Shown: positions 1 to 10,196 of the stretch, piece by piece
Position numbering within the stretch: the first letter of the stretch is position 1
How the letters are laid out: each line of letters begins with the position of its first letter
Origin: Vulcanimicrobiota bacterium
GTDB taxonomy: Bacteria > Vulcanimicrobiota > Vulcanimicrobiia > Vulcanimicrobiales > Vulcanimicrobiaceae
NCBI GenBank assembly: GCA_963812155.1
Contig: CAWETW010000003.1
Location: forward strand, 1,120,001 to 1,184,000
Direction: 5' to 3'
Length of the DNA: 64,000 nucleotides
The notes under the pieces: generated by a model
Told to the model about the DNA's origin: nothing
The model's database searches: none
What the model saw: only the letters and a program-made list of their open reading frames with translations
Position numbers and translations under genes: made by a program

Positions 1-457
1 CAACTTTCCGTATCACGGCCCGTCGCCGTACCCGACGAGCATCAGTTACAACACCGGACAGTACGGCAGCGACGGCGGCAAACTCGACACGTGGTTTCGG
101 TCGTCGACGATGCGCGTCGGGAATCGCGGTGCGCTGACGCTTGCGCTCGACGACACGGCGCAGTGGTTTCCCAATGCCGCTGCGAACATTCAGTGGTTCG
201 AAAGCGCGAGCTATTCGTATCAGATTACGGCGAACTCGTCGTTTGGGATCGGCGTGCGGCGCGTGGTCGGCTATCCCCCGCAGCCCAACGGCGGCGGCGA
301 TTGTTTGGGCACCTGTTCGAACATCAGCGTTGCTTATCACCTGCTGACGCGGCACGCCGAGTTCTACGTAGCGTACGGAAATCCAAACGCGCTCGTGACG
401 GTGCCGCAGGCGATTTTCAAAGTGATTTTCTATGCCGGCGCTGAGAAAGGGACGTAA
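1..457 (+). CDS. 3' end of a hypothetical protein, possibly outer-membrane (5'-truncated by the window edge)
   Basis: Frame is open from base 2 to TAA at 457; alternating aromatic/polar beta-strand-like segments. Confidence 0.7.
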   Translation, partial: NFPYHGPSPYPTSISYNTGQYGSDGGKLDTWFRSSTMRVGNRGALTLALDDTAQWFPNAAANIQWFESASYSYQITANSSFGIGVRRVVGYPPQPNGGGDCLGTCSNISVAYHLLTRHAEFYVAYGNPNALVTVPQAIFKVIFYAGAEKGT

Positions 458-607
458 CGTGCCGCTATTGTGGCAGCGTTACGTGACAGCGATGTGGCAG
501 CGTGTCGTGTCAACGACTTGGCACATGAAACTCGCCTACGTTCGGCGCGTACATGGCGTAGTTTTCCCTTGCGTGACCATGGGGCAACTCGCAACCATCA
601 ATAGGAG

Positions 608-1255
608 ATGATTATCGTGAAACCCATCATGACGTTCGCACTTGCCGGGCTGTTGCTGGCGGCTGGTGCACTTCCGGCTTCGGCCGCGTCGGCTATTTCG
701 GTGCCGACGACGCATACCGCGCCGTCGGTCGATCCGCGCGCCGACGACGCAAACTTCCAGCCCGCGGCGGTCGCGCAGTTGGGATGGAATAGCACGCAAT
801 CGCGCGACGCCGACGAACAAACCGTCGCACGCGTGTCGACCGACGGGACGTACCTTTACGTGCGCTTCGATGCGGCGCAGCAAGAGCGCATCAACTCGTC
901 TGCGGTGACCGGCGCAAAGAGCGACGGGGATCTCGTGTGGATCGACCTGCAGCCTGGTGGCGCATCGGGAACCTCGTATCGCTTCGCCTCGACGCCGGAC
1001 GGCTCGAGCGGCGCTACGGCGTCGACCGGCACCACCCCGGCCTTTCAAGCCTCGGGCGCGACCTACGACGGCGGCTATACCGTGACGATGAAGATTCCGA
1101 TTGCGAGCTTACAGGGCGCGCAGAGCGGCTCCTGGAGCGCGCAGTTCGGGCGTGCGGTGAAGGCAAGCGGACAGCAGTTCGTTTGGTCGCACGACGGCAA
1201 CGTGGCCGACTCGGGCACCATGACCATGACCGCGTCGGTCGGCCTCACGCCGTAG
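608..1255 (+). CDS. Secreted protein, CBM9/DOMON-like beta-sandwich
   Basis: AGGAG upstream, signal peptide, motifs DGTYLYVRF and GGYTVTMKIP. Confidence 0.7.
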   Translation: MIIVKPIMTFALAGLLLAAGALPASAASAISVPTTHTAPSVDPRADDANFQPAAVAQLGWNSTQSRDADEQTVARVSTDGTYLYVRFDAAQQERINSSAVTGAKSDGDLVWIDLQPGGASGTSYRFASTPDGSSGATASTGTTPAFQASGATYDGGYTVTMKIPIASLQGAQSGSWSAQFGRAVKASGQQFVWSHDGNVADSGTMTMTASVGLTP

Positions 1256-1321
1256 CATACTTCGCCGATACGGCGGAAAGAGGCGTAACAAGCAGGCCAT
1301 TTCGGGCGTTGGGGGAGTAGT

Positions 1322-2239
1322 ATGGGATCGATGCACAAGGCAGTCCCCGTGGCGCTGATCCTGGCAATCGCCGCGATCGCGCAAGCTCCCCCAACCTCGG
1401 CGGCCGGCACGTCGCCGACGCCGTCACCGCACAGCGGTACTCCGCCGCCACAGATCTATCACATCATCACGCGGCCGCTCTGTTCCGAACTGCACAAGCA
1501 CATCGCGCCGGCGATCGGCATGATGCTGCAGAACGATCAGAGCATCAAGAAAGGGCCGCCGCTTTTTTCGCAATACAACCGCGGCGCGCTCAGCGGCGTC
1601 GATAACTCTGCGAGCAACAATGCGGGGATGCCGGGCGGCGTGACGATGACGGGCGAGTCGGGAGGGAGCAACATGACCGCCAGCCAGAACATGGCGCTGC
1701 TCGGCATGGAGAACCTCGTCAGCCCGATCGCCAACAACATCATCGCGACGCAGAAGGTGCTCGACTCACCGGCACTCACGCAAGGCACCGGCAATGCCGC
1801 AGACGACAAGCAGCTGCAAGACATCCGCGCACAACTGCTCAAGGCGCTTGCGACGCAGCAGGCGTCGCTCGACATCATCGGTGGTTTTGTCGCGACGCAA
1901 CAAATGGGTGATCTGCAGCACGCCGGTCAAGAGTACATCAGCGCGCTGAACCAGCCGGAGCAAACCGGAGGCAGAAGCAGCTCGGCGACGCCGTCGCCCA
2001 ACCCGCTGCTGGTCGATCAGAATCAAGCGGGTTTGCCGGCGAATCCCTACGATCTCAATCTCGCCGCGATCCCCGGCTTAACGCTCGGTTACAATCCCGT
2101 CACGCGGCTGCTCGAGGCGCTGCATTGGACGATTCAAGAAACCACGACCCGCGAAAACGACGCGGCCAAGGCCGTGATGAATAGCGCCGCCGCGTGCTCG
2201 GCCGCGGCACCCAAACCGGTTTCGACGGCAAAGCCCTAG
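1322..2239 (+). CDS. Secreted hypothetical protein, helical
   Basis: 305-aa ORF with GGAG RBS, signal peptide and Pro/Ser/Thr linker. Confidence 0.75.
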   Translation: MGSMHKAVPVALILAIAAIAQAPPTSAAGTSPTPSPHSGTPPPQIYHIITRPLCSELHKHIAPAIGMMLQNDQSIKKGPPLFSQYNRGALSGVDNSASNNAGMPGGVTMTGESGGSNMTASQNMALLGMENLVSPIANNIIATQKVLDSPALTQGTGNAADDKQLQDIRAQLLKALATQQASLDIIGGFVATQQMGDLQHAGQEYISALNQPEQTGGRSSSATPSPNPLLVDQNQAGLPANPYDLNLAAIPGLTLGYNPVTRLLEALHWTIQETTTRENDAAKAVMNSAAACSAAAPKPVSTAKP

Positions 2240-2253
2240 CGGTCTTTAGCGGA

Positions 2254-2910
2254 ATGAGCGCATCGCCGGGGCCGGACGCAGGCATGCTGGCCTTTTTACG
2301 AGCGGCAAAAGAGGACGGAATAAGCGACGATTTCGTCGTCGCGCTGTTGCGCCAAAATGGATGGTCAGAACGGCTTATCTATAGGGCTTATTCAGCCTTT
2401 TATGCCGACCGGCTGGGCTCGCCGATGCCCGTTCGCCGCCAATCTGCAGAAAATGCGCGCGACGCCTTCTATTATCTGTTGAACTTCATTACGCTCGGCT
2501 TTTGGACGGTAGCGCTGGGGCAGATATTCTATCGGTTGATAGCATACTGGATTCCGGACCCGGCTACGACGGCAGCGTATTCGGGATCTTTGCGCGACGA
2601 CATTGCCTGGCAGGTCGCTACGGTGGTCATCGCGTTTCCGGTCTTCTTGTTCGTTCATTCGCTCATCCAGCGAGAACTGCGAGGCCGGACCGATTTGTAC
2701 TATTCCGCGGTACGAAGATGGTTGACCTATTTGGCGCTCGTCATCGCCGCGATCGTCGTGCTCTCGGACGCCGTCTTCGTCATCGACGCGTTGATTCGAG
2801 GAGAGTTAACGTTGCGGTTTATTCTCGACTCCCTCGTGCTGCTCGTATTGGGCGGTGGTATCTTCGCGTATTACCTCCACACGATGGATCCTCCAACCGT
2901 TGCGCGGTGA
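2254..2910 (+). CDS. Membrane protein, DUF5671-like
   Basis: ARDAFYYLL...W and VRRWLTYLALVIAA motifs, about 4 TM segments; start chosen at ATG 2254. Confidence 0.7.
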   Translation: MSASPGPDAGMLAFLRAAKEDGISDDFVVALLRQNGWSERLIYRAYSAFYADRLGSPMPVRRQSAENARDAFYYLLNFITLGFWTVALGQIFYRLIAYWIPDPATTAAYSGSLRDDIAWQVATVVIAFPVFLFVHSLIQRELRGRTDLYYSAVRRWLTYLALVIAAIVVLSDAVFVIDALIRGELTLRFILDSLVLLVLGGGIFAYYLHTMDPPTVAR

Positions 2911-3332
2911 CGCTCAATCGCATCTTCGTTCTCACGACGATCGTGGCCGTACTCGCCGGCCTCGGCTTGGCGTTCGCGTTCCTTGGAACTCCCAGCCACC
3001 AGCGTCTCGTTTCGTTAGACGAAGAACGCGTACGAGGGCTGCAGGCGATTGCAGTCGCGCTTCACGACCATTATCGGGACGGCAGGCTCCCAAACGTACT
3101 TCCGGCGAGCGCTCCGAGGATTGACACCTCCAGGATACGAGACTTTGAATATCGTCGCATCGATGGAACCCACTACATGCTCTGCGCGACGTTTTCGACC
3201 AATGACGGCGACGACGAAGACTTTCTAGCGCAGTCGGAGGTCGTGTGGCCGCCGCATGTGTGGCGTCACGATGCCGGCCACCATTGCTACAAATTTGACG
3301 TGACCGAGTCGGAGCCTATACCGTTGCGCTGA
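2907..3332 (+). CDS. Hypothetical protein with N-terminal TM anchor, coupled to the DUF5671-like gene
   Basis: GTGA overlap with the upstream stop; motifs GTPSHQR..LDEER and Y.LCATF. Confidence 0.7.
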   Translation: MTLNRIFVLTTIVAVLAGLGLAFAFLGTPSHQRLVSLDEERVRGLQAIAVALHDHYRDGRLPNVLPASAPRIDTSRIRDFEYRRIDGTHYMLCATFSTNDGDDEDFLAQSEVVWPPHVWRHDAGHHCYKFDVTESEPIPLR

Positions 3333-3376
3333 TCGCGCGGCAGGATAGCGTGATGCCTGGGAGTGAAGGCGTGGCG

Positions 3377-5110
3377 ATGCCTTTTCGACGCATTGGTTGT
3401 TCCGTTGCCGCGGTTGTGCTCTTGATGGGAGCCTCGCCGGCGCCGCAGTCTTCGCCCGGACGCGGCGACGCCGCTTTCACCGAGCTCGCGAACACCTATT
3501 ACATGGACGAGCTTAAGCGCAATCCAATTGAAGCCACGTTCGTCGGGCTGCATACCTACGACGCGCAGATGGGTGACTTTTCGGCCGCGGCCGTTGCGCG
3601 CGAACTCGACAACGATCGCGCCTATCTCGCTAAACTTCAAGCCATCGATCGTTCGCAGCTTTCGGCCGAAGTGGGCATCGACTGGCAGATCATGGAGAAT
3701 TCGCTACAAGACGATCTGCTGCTCAACGGAAAGCTCGAGCAATGGAAACATCAGCCCGATAACTATGCCCAGTCGGCAACCGGCTCGGTATTCGGAATTA
3801 TCACGCGGGACTACGCGCCGCTCTCGACGCGGGCAGCCTACGTTATCTCGCGGGAAAAACAGATTCCCACCGTGTTGGCAGCGGGCCGCGCGAACACGAC
3901 GACGGTCGACGCGACGACGCAGTTCATCGGCCAACAGGACGTCGCGGGCTCCGCGGCATTCTTCACGCAGACGGTGCCTCTCGCATTCGCCGGACTGCGA
4001 GATCCGGCGCTTTCGCGACAACTCAAGGCGGCCAACCTCACTGCGAAAAACGCAATGATCGCGTACGCAAAATGGATCAAAGGACTCAAACCCCACGGCA
4101 GCTTCGCCATCGGGGCTGACGCCTATTCGGCGCGGCTAAAATACGAAGACGGCGTCGACTTGTCGCTGTCGCAGTACTTGGCAGTCGGCGAAGCAGAACT
4201 TGCGCGCCTGCGCACTCAGTTCATTGCGACGGCGAAGCTGATCGACCCTAAGAAGACGCCGTTTGAGGTGTACCGGGACATCTCAAAGCATCACGTCGCG
4301 GCCGACCAGCTTCTCGCTGCGGCTGCCGGCGATTTAGTGCACCTGCGTGCGTTCATCATCAGCCACCATATCATCACGCTGCCTCCCGATGCGAGTATCA
4401 AGGTCGTGGAAACGCCGCCGTTCGAGCGAACGACGACGACGGCATCGTTCGACGCGCCGGGCCCATTGGAAACCGTCGCGACGCAAACGTTCTACAACGT
4501 GACGCCGGTCGATCCCACGTGGTCTGCAAAGCAGAAAGAAGAATACCTCGAAGGGCTCAGCAACTACGAACGGCCGATCATCTCTGCCCACGAGTGCTAC
4601 CCGGGTCACTTCGTCAACTACGCCATCGACAAGCACTTGGACCTGAGCCTGACGCGCAGGCTCAACTGGAACTCGGCGTTCGGCGAAGGTTGGGCACACT
4701 ACAGCGAACAGATGATGGTTGACGAAGGCTGGGGCAACGGCGATCCGCGCGTACGCCTAGCGCAACTCGACGAAGCCCTGCTTCGGGCCGCTCGTTTCAT
4801 CGTCGGCGTGAAGATGCATACGCAGGGCATGACCATCAAACAAGCTGAGGACTTCTTTGTGAATCAAGGTTTTCAGGGACGGCAAATCGGCGTCGAAGAA
4901 TCCCTGCGCGGCTCGCAAGATGCGATGTACGGATACTACACGCTCGGGAAGCTGATGATTCTCAAGTTACGCTCCGACTATCAGAAGAAAATGGGTTCGG
5001 CCTACACCTTGCAAGGATTCCACGACGCGTTGCTCGCGCACGGCGATCCACCGGTCCCGCTCCTTCGGCCGATCCTCCTCGGTGCGGACGACGACGGAAA
5101 GATTCTCTAG
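3377..5110 (+). CDS. DUF885 family protein (putative secreted metallopeptidase-like)
   Basis: HECYPGH, EGWAHYSE, YYTLGKL and FHDALL motifs; signal peptide; start could be 3350/3353. Confidence 0.85.
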   Translation: MPFRRIGCSVAAVVLLMGASPAPQSSPGRGDAAFTELANTYYMDELKRNPIEATFVGLHTYDAQMGDFSAAAVARELDNDRAYLAKLQAIDRSQLSAEVGIDWQIMENSLQDDLLLNGKLEQWKHQPDNYAQSATGSVFGIITRDYAPLSTRAAYVISREKQIPTVLAAGRANTTTVDATTQFIGQQDVAGSAAFFTQTVPLAFAGLRDPALSRQLKAANLTAKNAMIAYAKWIKGLKPHGSFAIGADAYSARLKYEDGVDLSLSQYLAVGEAELARLRTQFIATAKLIDPKKTPFEVYRDISKHHVAADQLLAAAAGDLVHLRAFIISHHIITLPPDASIKVVETPPFERTTTTASFDAPGPLETVATQTFYNVTPVDPTWSAKQKEEYLEGLSNYERPIISAHECYPGHFVNYAIDKHLDLSLTRRLNWNSAFGEGWAHYSEQMMVDEGWGNGDPRVRLAQLDEALLRAARFIVGVKMHTQGMTIKQAEDFFVNQGFQGRQIGVEESLRGSQDAMYGYYTLGKLMILKLRSDYQKKMGSAYTLQGFHDALLAHGDPPVPLLRPILLGADDDGKIL

Positions 5111-5130
5111 CGTCGATCGACCGTGTCACG

Positions 5131-5330
5131 TTAGCGCGGGCGTCCGAAGAACACGGCGTACCCGTCGGGATCCGTAATTTCAAATCCGCGAAGATCATCG
5201 TGCGTATCACCGAGCGGTGCGCTCACGGTTGCTTCGCGCGCGAGGATCTCCTGGTACAATCCATCCGGGTCTTCGGAATAGACAAACGCGTCCCAGCGCG
5301 TCCAAGGCATACGTTTGCTATTCGGTAGGG
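5131..5330 (-). pseudogene. 5'-truncated VOC/glyoxalase family remnant
   Basis: Manual translation PLPNSKRMPWTRWDAFVYSEDPDGL...LRGFEITDPDGYAVFFGRPR*; in-frame stop shortly upstream. Confidence 0.65.
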
Positions 5331-5441
5331 GCAGATGGGTTTGAAGGGATGCGGCGGGTGGCCAAAATCAAATGCAGCGGAAGATGTGTCTACCCCGCGC
5401 GCGCCCGGAACCTTCAAAACAGCCTGCACGAACGAGGGTTG

Positions 5442-6446
5442 GTGCGCGTAGATACGAAATTAACGTATGCTATTCGATACGAACTCGCGGCCATGCTCAG
5501 CACTATCGCCTTCGTGGCGGTTCTTTCGGGCTGCGGCTTTACCGGCGACGTGTCGCATCCGGCCGCCGCGCCGGCGCGATCGTGGATGACGTCCGGCGCG
5601 CAGAAAGAGCCGAGTCTCCTGTACGTCTCCAACTGGGGGACGGCGGCCGTCACCATCTACACCTACCTCAACGGCGGCGGGCTGGTGCTCGTCGGCCAGC
5701 TGACCGGGTTCGTTCAGCCGGCGGGCATGTGCGCCGACAAGGCGGGCAACGTCTGGATTACCGACTACGGAACCGGTGTTAAGACGCTGTACGAATACGC
5801 GCACGGCGGCACGAGTCCGATCAGAATTCTCCGACAACAGAACGGCAAGCCGTACGATTGTTCCGTCGACTTGAATACCGGTGATCTCGCGGTTGCGAAC
5901 GAGTTGCCCGAAGGTAAACTGACGTTCGCAAATGTCACCGTCTACCCGCCGGGGGCTCATCAAGGCATTCACTATGCGCCGCCCTACGGTTTCCAACGGG
6001 TGGATTTCCTCGCGTATGACGATAAGAGTAACCTTTACGTTGACGGCCTCGAACTGTACTACAACGTCAGGAAACTCTTCGAGCTCCACAAGGGTGGGAC
6101 TAAGCTTAGGCGGCTCGCCCTGAGAGGCGCGAATCTCGAAGAGCCGGGTGCTATCCAGTGGGTGAATCCAACATTGCTCATCGGCGACAACAACTTGGGA
6201 AATCAAGGAGTAGCGGGCGCTTATAAAGTCTTGGTCTCAAAGACGGTCGCGACGGTGGTCGGGAAGCTTTCCTACCAGGAAACGCAAGCGGCCGGGGCGT
6301 TCTGGCGACGATCGGGGCGCATCATCGTACCGGACACCACCGGGAACATCGTACGCATTTACAACTTGTCGGACGGCTCGCTCTATTCGTCGTTCACCGC
6401 CGGCCTTTCGCAGCCGTTCGGAGCCGTGGTCAGCCAGGCGCCTTAG
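5442..6446 (+). CDS. Lipoprotein, beta-propeller-like (paralogue 1)
   Basis: Lipobox LSGC; SWM..GA...LLYVSN motif; ends PFGAVVSQ; start uncertain (5442 or 5493). Confidence 0.8.
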   Translation: MRVDTKLTYAIRYELAAMLSTIAFVAVLSGCGFTGDVSHPAAAPARSWMTSGAQKEPSLLYVSNWGTAAVTIYTYLNGGGLVLVGQLTGFVQPAGMCADKAGNVWITDYGTGVKTLYEYAHGGTSPIRILRQQNGKPYDCSVDLNTGDLAVANELPEGKLTFANVTVYPPGAHQGIHYAPPYGFQRVDFLAYDDKSNLYVDGLELYYNVRKLFELHKGGTKLRRLALRGANLEEPGAIQWVNPTLLIGDNNLGNQGVAGAYKVLVSKTVATVVGKLSYQETQAAGAFWRRSGRIIVPDTTGNIVRIYNLSDGSLYSSFTAGLSQPFGAVVSQAP

Positions 6447-6545
6447 CCTCGGGTCGGTGGAAAGCGATTGCCGCAAATGCCGTCAAAGGTCGCTCCTCGT
6501 CCAGAGACGAAGGGCAGCAGAACACAGTTGCGAGGTGTCTGTGAT

Positions 6546-7430
6546 ATGAAGTACTTCCAATTCTCCGTGATTGGGCGAGTTGCCCGTCATTTGCTGGGGC
6601 TGGCAGTCGCCGTTGTGCTAGCGGCGTGCTCCTCCGGCCCACACGTCTTCCCAACACTGCAAAGCACTGCTCCCGCCGCCGGTGGACCAACCGGTGCGTT
6701 TGCACGCCAGCGGCCGATGACGGTCATTGGCTCGGGATTCAATCTTCCGCGGAGCGTCGCAGTCGACGCGAGTGGAAACGTCTTCGTCGCGGACAGCGGC
6801 AACGGCGCCATCAAGAAAGTCGCTCGCGACGGCACGATAACGACGATCGCCAGCGGCTTGAATATTCCGTGGGGCATTTCGGTCGATGCCAAGGATGACG
6901 TTTTCGTCGGCTGCACGGAAATGCTCGACGGTCCGGTGCGGATGTATCCCCCAAAGGGCCCCCTCGTTAAACTCGGCAAAGGCTTCTATCTCCCCGAAGG
7001 AGTCTTCGTCGATGCAGCGGGCGTTGTCTACGTAGCCGACACGGGAAACAACGTCGCCAAGAAAATCGTCGATGGTCAGATCACGCGAATCGGCAACGTG
7101 CTCAATTCTCCCGGCGGCATCACCGCCGATGCCGCGGGTAACGTTTACATTTCGAACACGATGTCGAACGCCGTCGAAAAAGTGACGCCGGACGGCACTG
7201 TTAAGCCCATCGGTTCGGGATTTAATCATCCCAATGGACTCGCGGTCGACGGCAAAGGCGACCTTTTTGTCGCCGATACGTCGCACAATGCGATCAAAGA
7301 AGTCGAGCCCCACGGCAAGATTCTCACGGTTGGGTCGGGGTTGAGCGGGCCTTACGGCGTCGCCGTCGCGGGCGATCGTCTCTATGTTGCGGACACGTAC
7401 CACAGTCAGATAGTCAGCTTCAAACTTTAA
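6546..7430 (+). CDS. NHL-repeat lipoprotein
   Basis: GAGGTG RBS, lipobox LAAC, six P.G.AVD..G.VFVAD-type repeats. Confidence 0.85.
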   Translation: MKYFQFSVIGRVARHLLGLAVAVVLAACSSGPHVFPTLQSTAPAAGGPTGAFARQRPMTVIGSGFNLPRSVAVDASGNVFVADSGNGAIKKVARDGTITTIASGLNIPWGISVDAKDDVFVGCTEMLDGPVRMYPPKGPLVKLGKGFYLPEGVFVDAAGVVYVADTGNNVAKKIVDGQITRIGNVLNSPGGITADAAGNVYISNTMSNAVEKVTPDGTVKPIGSGFNHPNGLAVDGKGDLFVADTSHNAIKEVEPHGKILTVGSGLSGPYGVAVAGDRLYVADTYHSQIVSFKL

Positions 7431-7485
7431 TCGTCCGGGACCGATCGCCGCGGACCGTTCGTCCGACCGTTAGGGGCCGCGCGGC

Positions 7486-7575
7486 ATGAGCGACCCACAA
7501 CTATGGCTTATTAAAGGCGTCTTGGCGGTGGGCGTTGTGGTAGCGGCGATCTTGCTGTTGTTACGGGTCAGATAG
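7486..7575 (+). CDS. Putative 29-aa single-TM small protein
   Basis: MSDPQLWLIKGVLAVGVVVAAILLLLRVR*; AGGGG upstream; fills the intergenic gap. Confidence 0.45.
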   Translation: MSDPQLWLIKGVLAVGVVVAAILLLLRVR

Positions 7576-7579
7576 GCCA

Positions 7580-8929
7580 TTACTGATCGTCGGGAATCTG
7601 TCCGCTGTTGGGAAAACGATGGTGGATAAAGAAGTTCGCCGGATACGGCGCTTTGATTTGGATAAACGCACGCGGTTTTTGTGAGAAGTTGAAACAGTCG
7701 GCCGCCGGCGAGTTGGCTCTCGCGTCGGCTGCCGCCATCTGCGGCAGACCGTAGAGGTCCTCGGCGAAGCGCAGGACGCTCGTCGTTTCAAATTGCACGT
7801 GCGAAACGTGGTCCTTTTTTGCATACGGCGAGATGACGAGGAGCGGAACGCGGAAGCCGTTGCCGTCGTAGTCTTCGAACGGCGGCGCAACGTGATCGTA
7901 GAGGCCGCCCCAGTCGTCCCACTGGATAAAAATGGCGGTCGAGTTCCAGAACTTGCTCTTCCCGACCGTATTGACGATGGCCGACACCCACGACGGTCCG
8001 AATCCTCCGCCGCACTCGTTGTGATCCGACTCCGCGCACTCGGGCGTTATCCAGGTGAAGTTGGCAAGTTTGCCGGCACGGACGTCAGTGATGAACTTCC
8101 AATTCGGCGTGACGACGTCATTTTTCCAATCCGGGCCACGGAAGATGTGCTTCACGGCTTGATAGCCCGACCACGTGCCGCCGTTGCCGCCGCGGTCGTT
8201 TTCGTAGCCGACCGCGTAGAACCGCCAAGTTAAATGCGCTGCGTCGAGCTCATCGCCGAGGGTGGTATAGTCGAAACAGGCGCGTTGCCGCGGACCGTCC
8301 GGGTTGCGGGTTTGCGTGATCGTGTTGATGGTATCGGACGGTCCGCCTTCGCAGCCCCACAGGATGAACGCCGGTAAATTGACGCTCGATTGCGCCTGGG
8401 CGGCGATGGCGTACTGATGCGAGACAAAACTTTCGTCGAGATGCGATTGAAACATGTTGTCGGCCACGACCCATTCGTGCGCCATGTCAAAATATGGTTG
8501 GGACTGGTCGTGCGGGACGTACACGTACTGCGGGTTGGAAGGGCCGCCGTAGGACTCTTCCTGATCGAAGCCGTTCATCCGGCAATCGGTGCCGCGGAGG
8601 CTTCCGGTGCCGTTGCAGGCAGCGAACATCGCCTCCGCAGAGTGATCGATCTGGTATACCTTCGCCAACGACACCGGCTGCAACTGGATCGTCTGACCCT
8701 GCGAGTTCATGCCTTCGGAAACGGTGTTCGCGCCCGGATAACCCTGAAAGAGATTATCGAAGCTGCGATTCTCTTGAATGACGTAGACAACGTGCGTGAT
8801 TTTCCCGGCGCCGGGTCCGGCCGGGCGAACGAGCGCAGACGCTTGTGCCGAGCGCAACGGAGGTTGTGCGCCCGACATGCATCCTGCAAGGGAAATAATT
8901 AAAACGATAGCGGCGAACCGTAGTATCAT
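7580..8929 (-). CDS. Phosphoesterase/phospholipase C family lipoprotein (paralogue 1)
   Basis: Lipobox LAGC; QENRSFDNLF, WDDWGGLYDHV and GFRVPLLVISPY motifs. Confidence 0.9.
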   Translation of the reverse strand: MILRFAAIVLIISLAGCMSGAQPPLRSAQASALVRPAGPGAGKITHVVYVIQENRSFDNLFQGYPGANTVSEGMNSQGQTIQLQPVSLAKVYQIDHSAEAMFAACNGTGSLRGTDCRMNGFDQEESYGGPSNPQYVYVPHDQSQPYFDMAHEWVVADNMFQSHLDESFVSHQYAIAAQAQSSVNLPAFILWGCEGGPSDTINTITQTRNPDGPRQRACFDYTTLGDELDAAHLTWRFYAVGYENDRGGNGGTWSGYQAVKHIFRGPDWKNDVVTPNWKFITDVRAGKLANFTWITPECAESDHNECGGGFGPSWVSAIVNTVGKSKFWNSTAIFIQWDDWGGLYDHVAPPFEDYDGNGFRVPLLVISPYAKKDHVSHVQFETTSVLRFAEDLYGLPQMAAADARANSPAADCFNFSQKPRAFIQIKAPYPANFFIHHRFPNSGQIPDDQ

Positions 8930-9030
8930 GGCGCCGCATTCTGTCGCCCGGCATCAAGAGCCCTTCTCGCTGCGGCGAACGCGAGGGCCCCTTTCCCGGA
9001 AAGCGCCCAGCCTTGGCGTAGTATAGCGGA

Positions 9031-9492
9031 GTGAGCCCTGTGAAACTCGGCATGTGGATTGCCGGCGGCGTGGCGCTGCTTGGATTGGTCGCGTTCGTCG
9101 CATTCGCCGGCACGTACGTTGTGTATTTCTTCGCCGCAATGCAGCGGCCACCCGACAGCCCGTTCTCCATCGCATGTGTGCAAGTCGCGGCGCCGCGCCG
9201 AAACGCGGTGCCGGTCCGCTTCGATATCGCCAATACCGGGCGCAAGGATGCGACGTGGATAAATCTTGCGATCGTTGCTTCGGGCGCCAGCGGCCGAAGC
9301 CTCAGCGACTGGAACTACGTACTCGAAACGCGCGTGCCGGCCACGGAAAGAGTTTCCAAAGTCGTTGCGGTGCCGCTCCCCAACGATTATCGGAGCGTTC
9401 GATTCTCCGCCATTGCTTGCGAAGTTATCAATGCGACGTTTGCGGACGGATCGGCGCAGAGTTATGGTGCCAATACGGGCGCGTTTCCGTGA
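9031..9492 (+). CDS. Hypothetical membrane-anchored protein
   Basis: N-terminal TM helix followed by a beta-rich domain. Confidence 0.6.
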   Translation: MSPVKLGMWIAGGVALLGLVAFVAFAGTYVVYFFAAMQRPPDSPFSIACVQVAAPRRNAVPVRFDIANTGRKDATWINLAIVASGASGRSLSDWNYVLETRVPATERVSKVVAVPLPNDYRSVRFSAIACEVINATFADGSAQSYGANTGAFP

Positions 9493-9514
9493 AATGCATC
9501 GCTCGTTCAGCGCG

Positions 9515-9532
9515 GCTCCGCTCGGGATGACA
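9515..9532 (+). repeat. Palindromic repeat family, right-end copy
   Basis: GCTCCGCTCGGGATGACA between convergent genes. Confidence 0.6.
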
Positions 9533-9543
9533 TCGTGGCGAAA

Positions 9544-10065
9544 TTAGCTGGCGAAGAGTTTGAGGTAGCCGGCCGTCTTCATCAGAAGCTCCTCGATCGT
9601 TTTCGCGTTCAGATTTCCCCAATCGACGCCGACGTGCTGGATGGCGACGGTGAGGTGCGTGGTCGCGCCGCGGTCGACCATCGCGATGGAGACGGTAAAG
9701 GCCGTCGAGAGGAGCGACATCGGCTTTTTCGCCTCGAGGATCGCGCCGCTGGCCGTATCGAAGGCGGCGGTGAGCACGTAGCCGCACGCGGCCATCGCGA
9801 GCACGAGTGCGTGGCCGGCGGTTTCGTAGCCGGCTTCGATGTCGCGTTCGACCGTGGCGCTGGCCGAGAGTTTGCGAAATCGGGCGGCGAGCTCGTCGGA
9901 GATGCTTTCGGAGGCAGCGATGACGCCGGCGGGCGTGCCGGTCAGCACCGAAGCGACCGCGGCGATCTTGTCGGGCGAGATTGAGGAATCGGCGCCCGCC
10001 ATTCGCCCGCTATCGCGAATGATGTCGGCAATGCGGGCGCGCGGCGGCTGAGATTCGGTCGTCAT
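9544..10065 (-). CDS. Hypothetical protein
   Basis: 173-aa ORF with normal composition; no competing real gene. Confidence 0.65.
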   Translation of the reverse strand: MTTESQPPRARIADIIRDSGRMAGADSSISPDKIAAVASVLTGTPAGVIAASESISDELAARFRKLSASATVERDIEAGYETAGHALVLAMAACGYVLTAAFDTASGAILEAKKPMSLLSTAFTVSIAMVDRGATTHLTVAIQHVGVDWGNLNAKTIEELLMKTAGYLKLFAS

Positions 10066-10196
10066 GCGCGTACGGTTCTACACGGCGCAGCAAGACCATC
10101 GCGCAGATCTCGTCGAACGTAAGGTCTCGCGGAACATGCTCGTGGCATCCTGGCTCAACGGGGTGCTCCAGCCGGGCTCGCCGAACGGCACCGGCA

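Noticed and set aside
469..503. Direct repeat TGTGGCAGCGT x2 (24-bp period)
   Set aside because: Could be a regulator site, but it occurs once with no supporting context.
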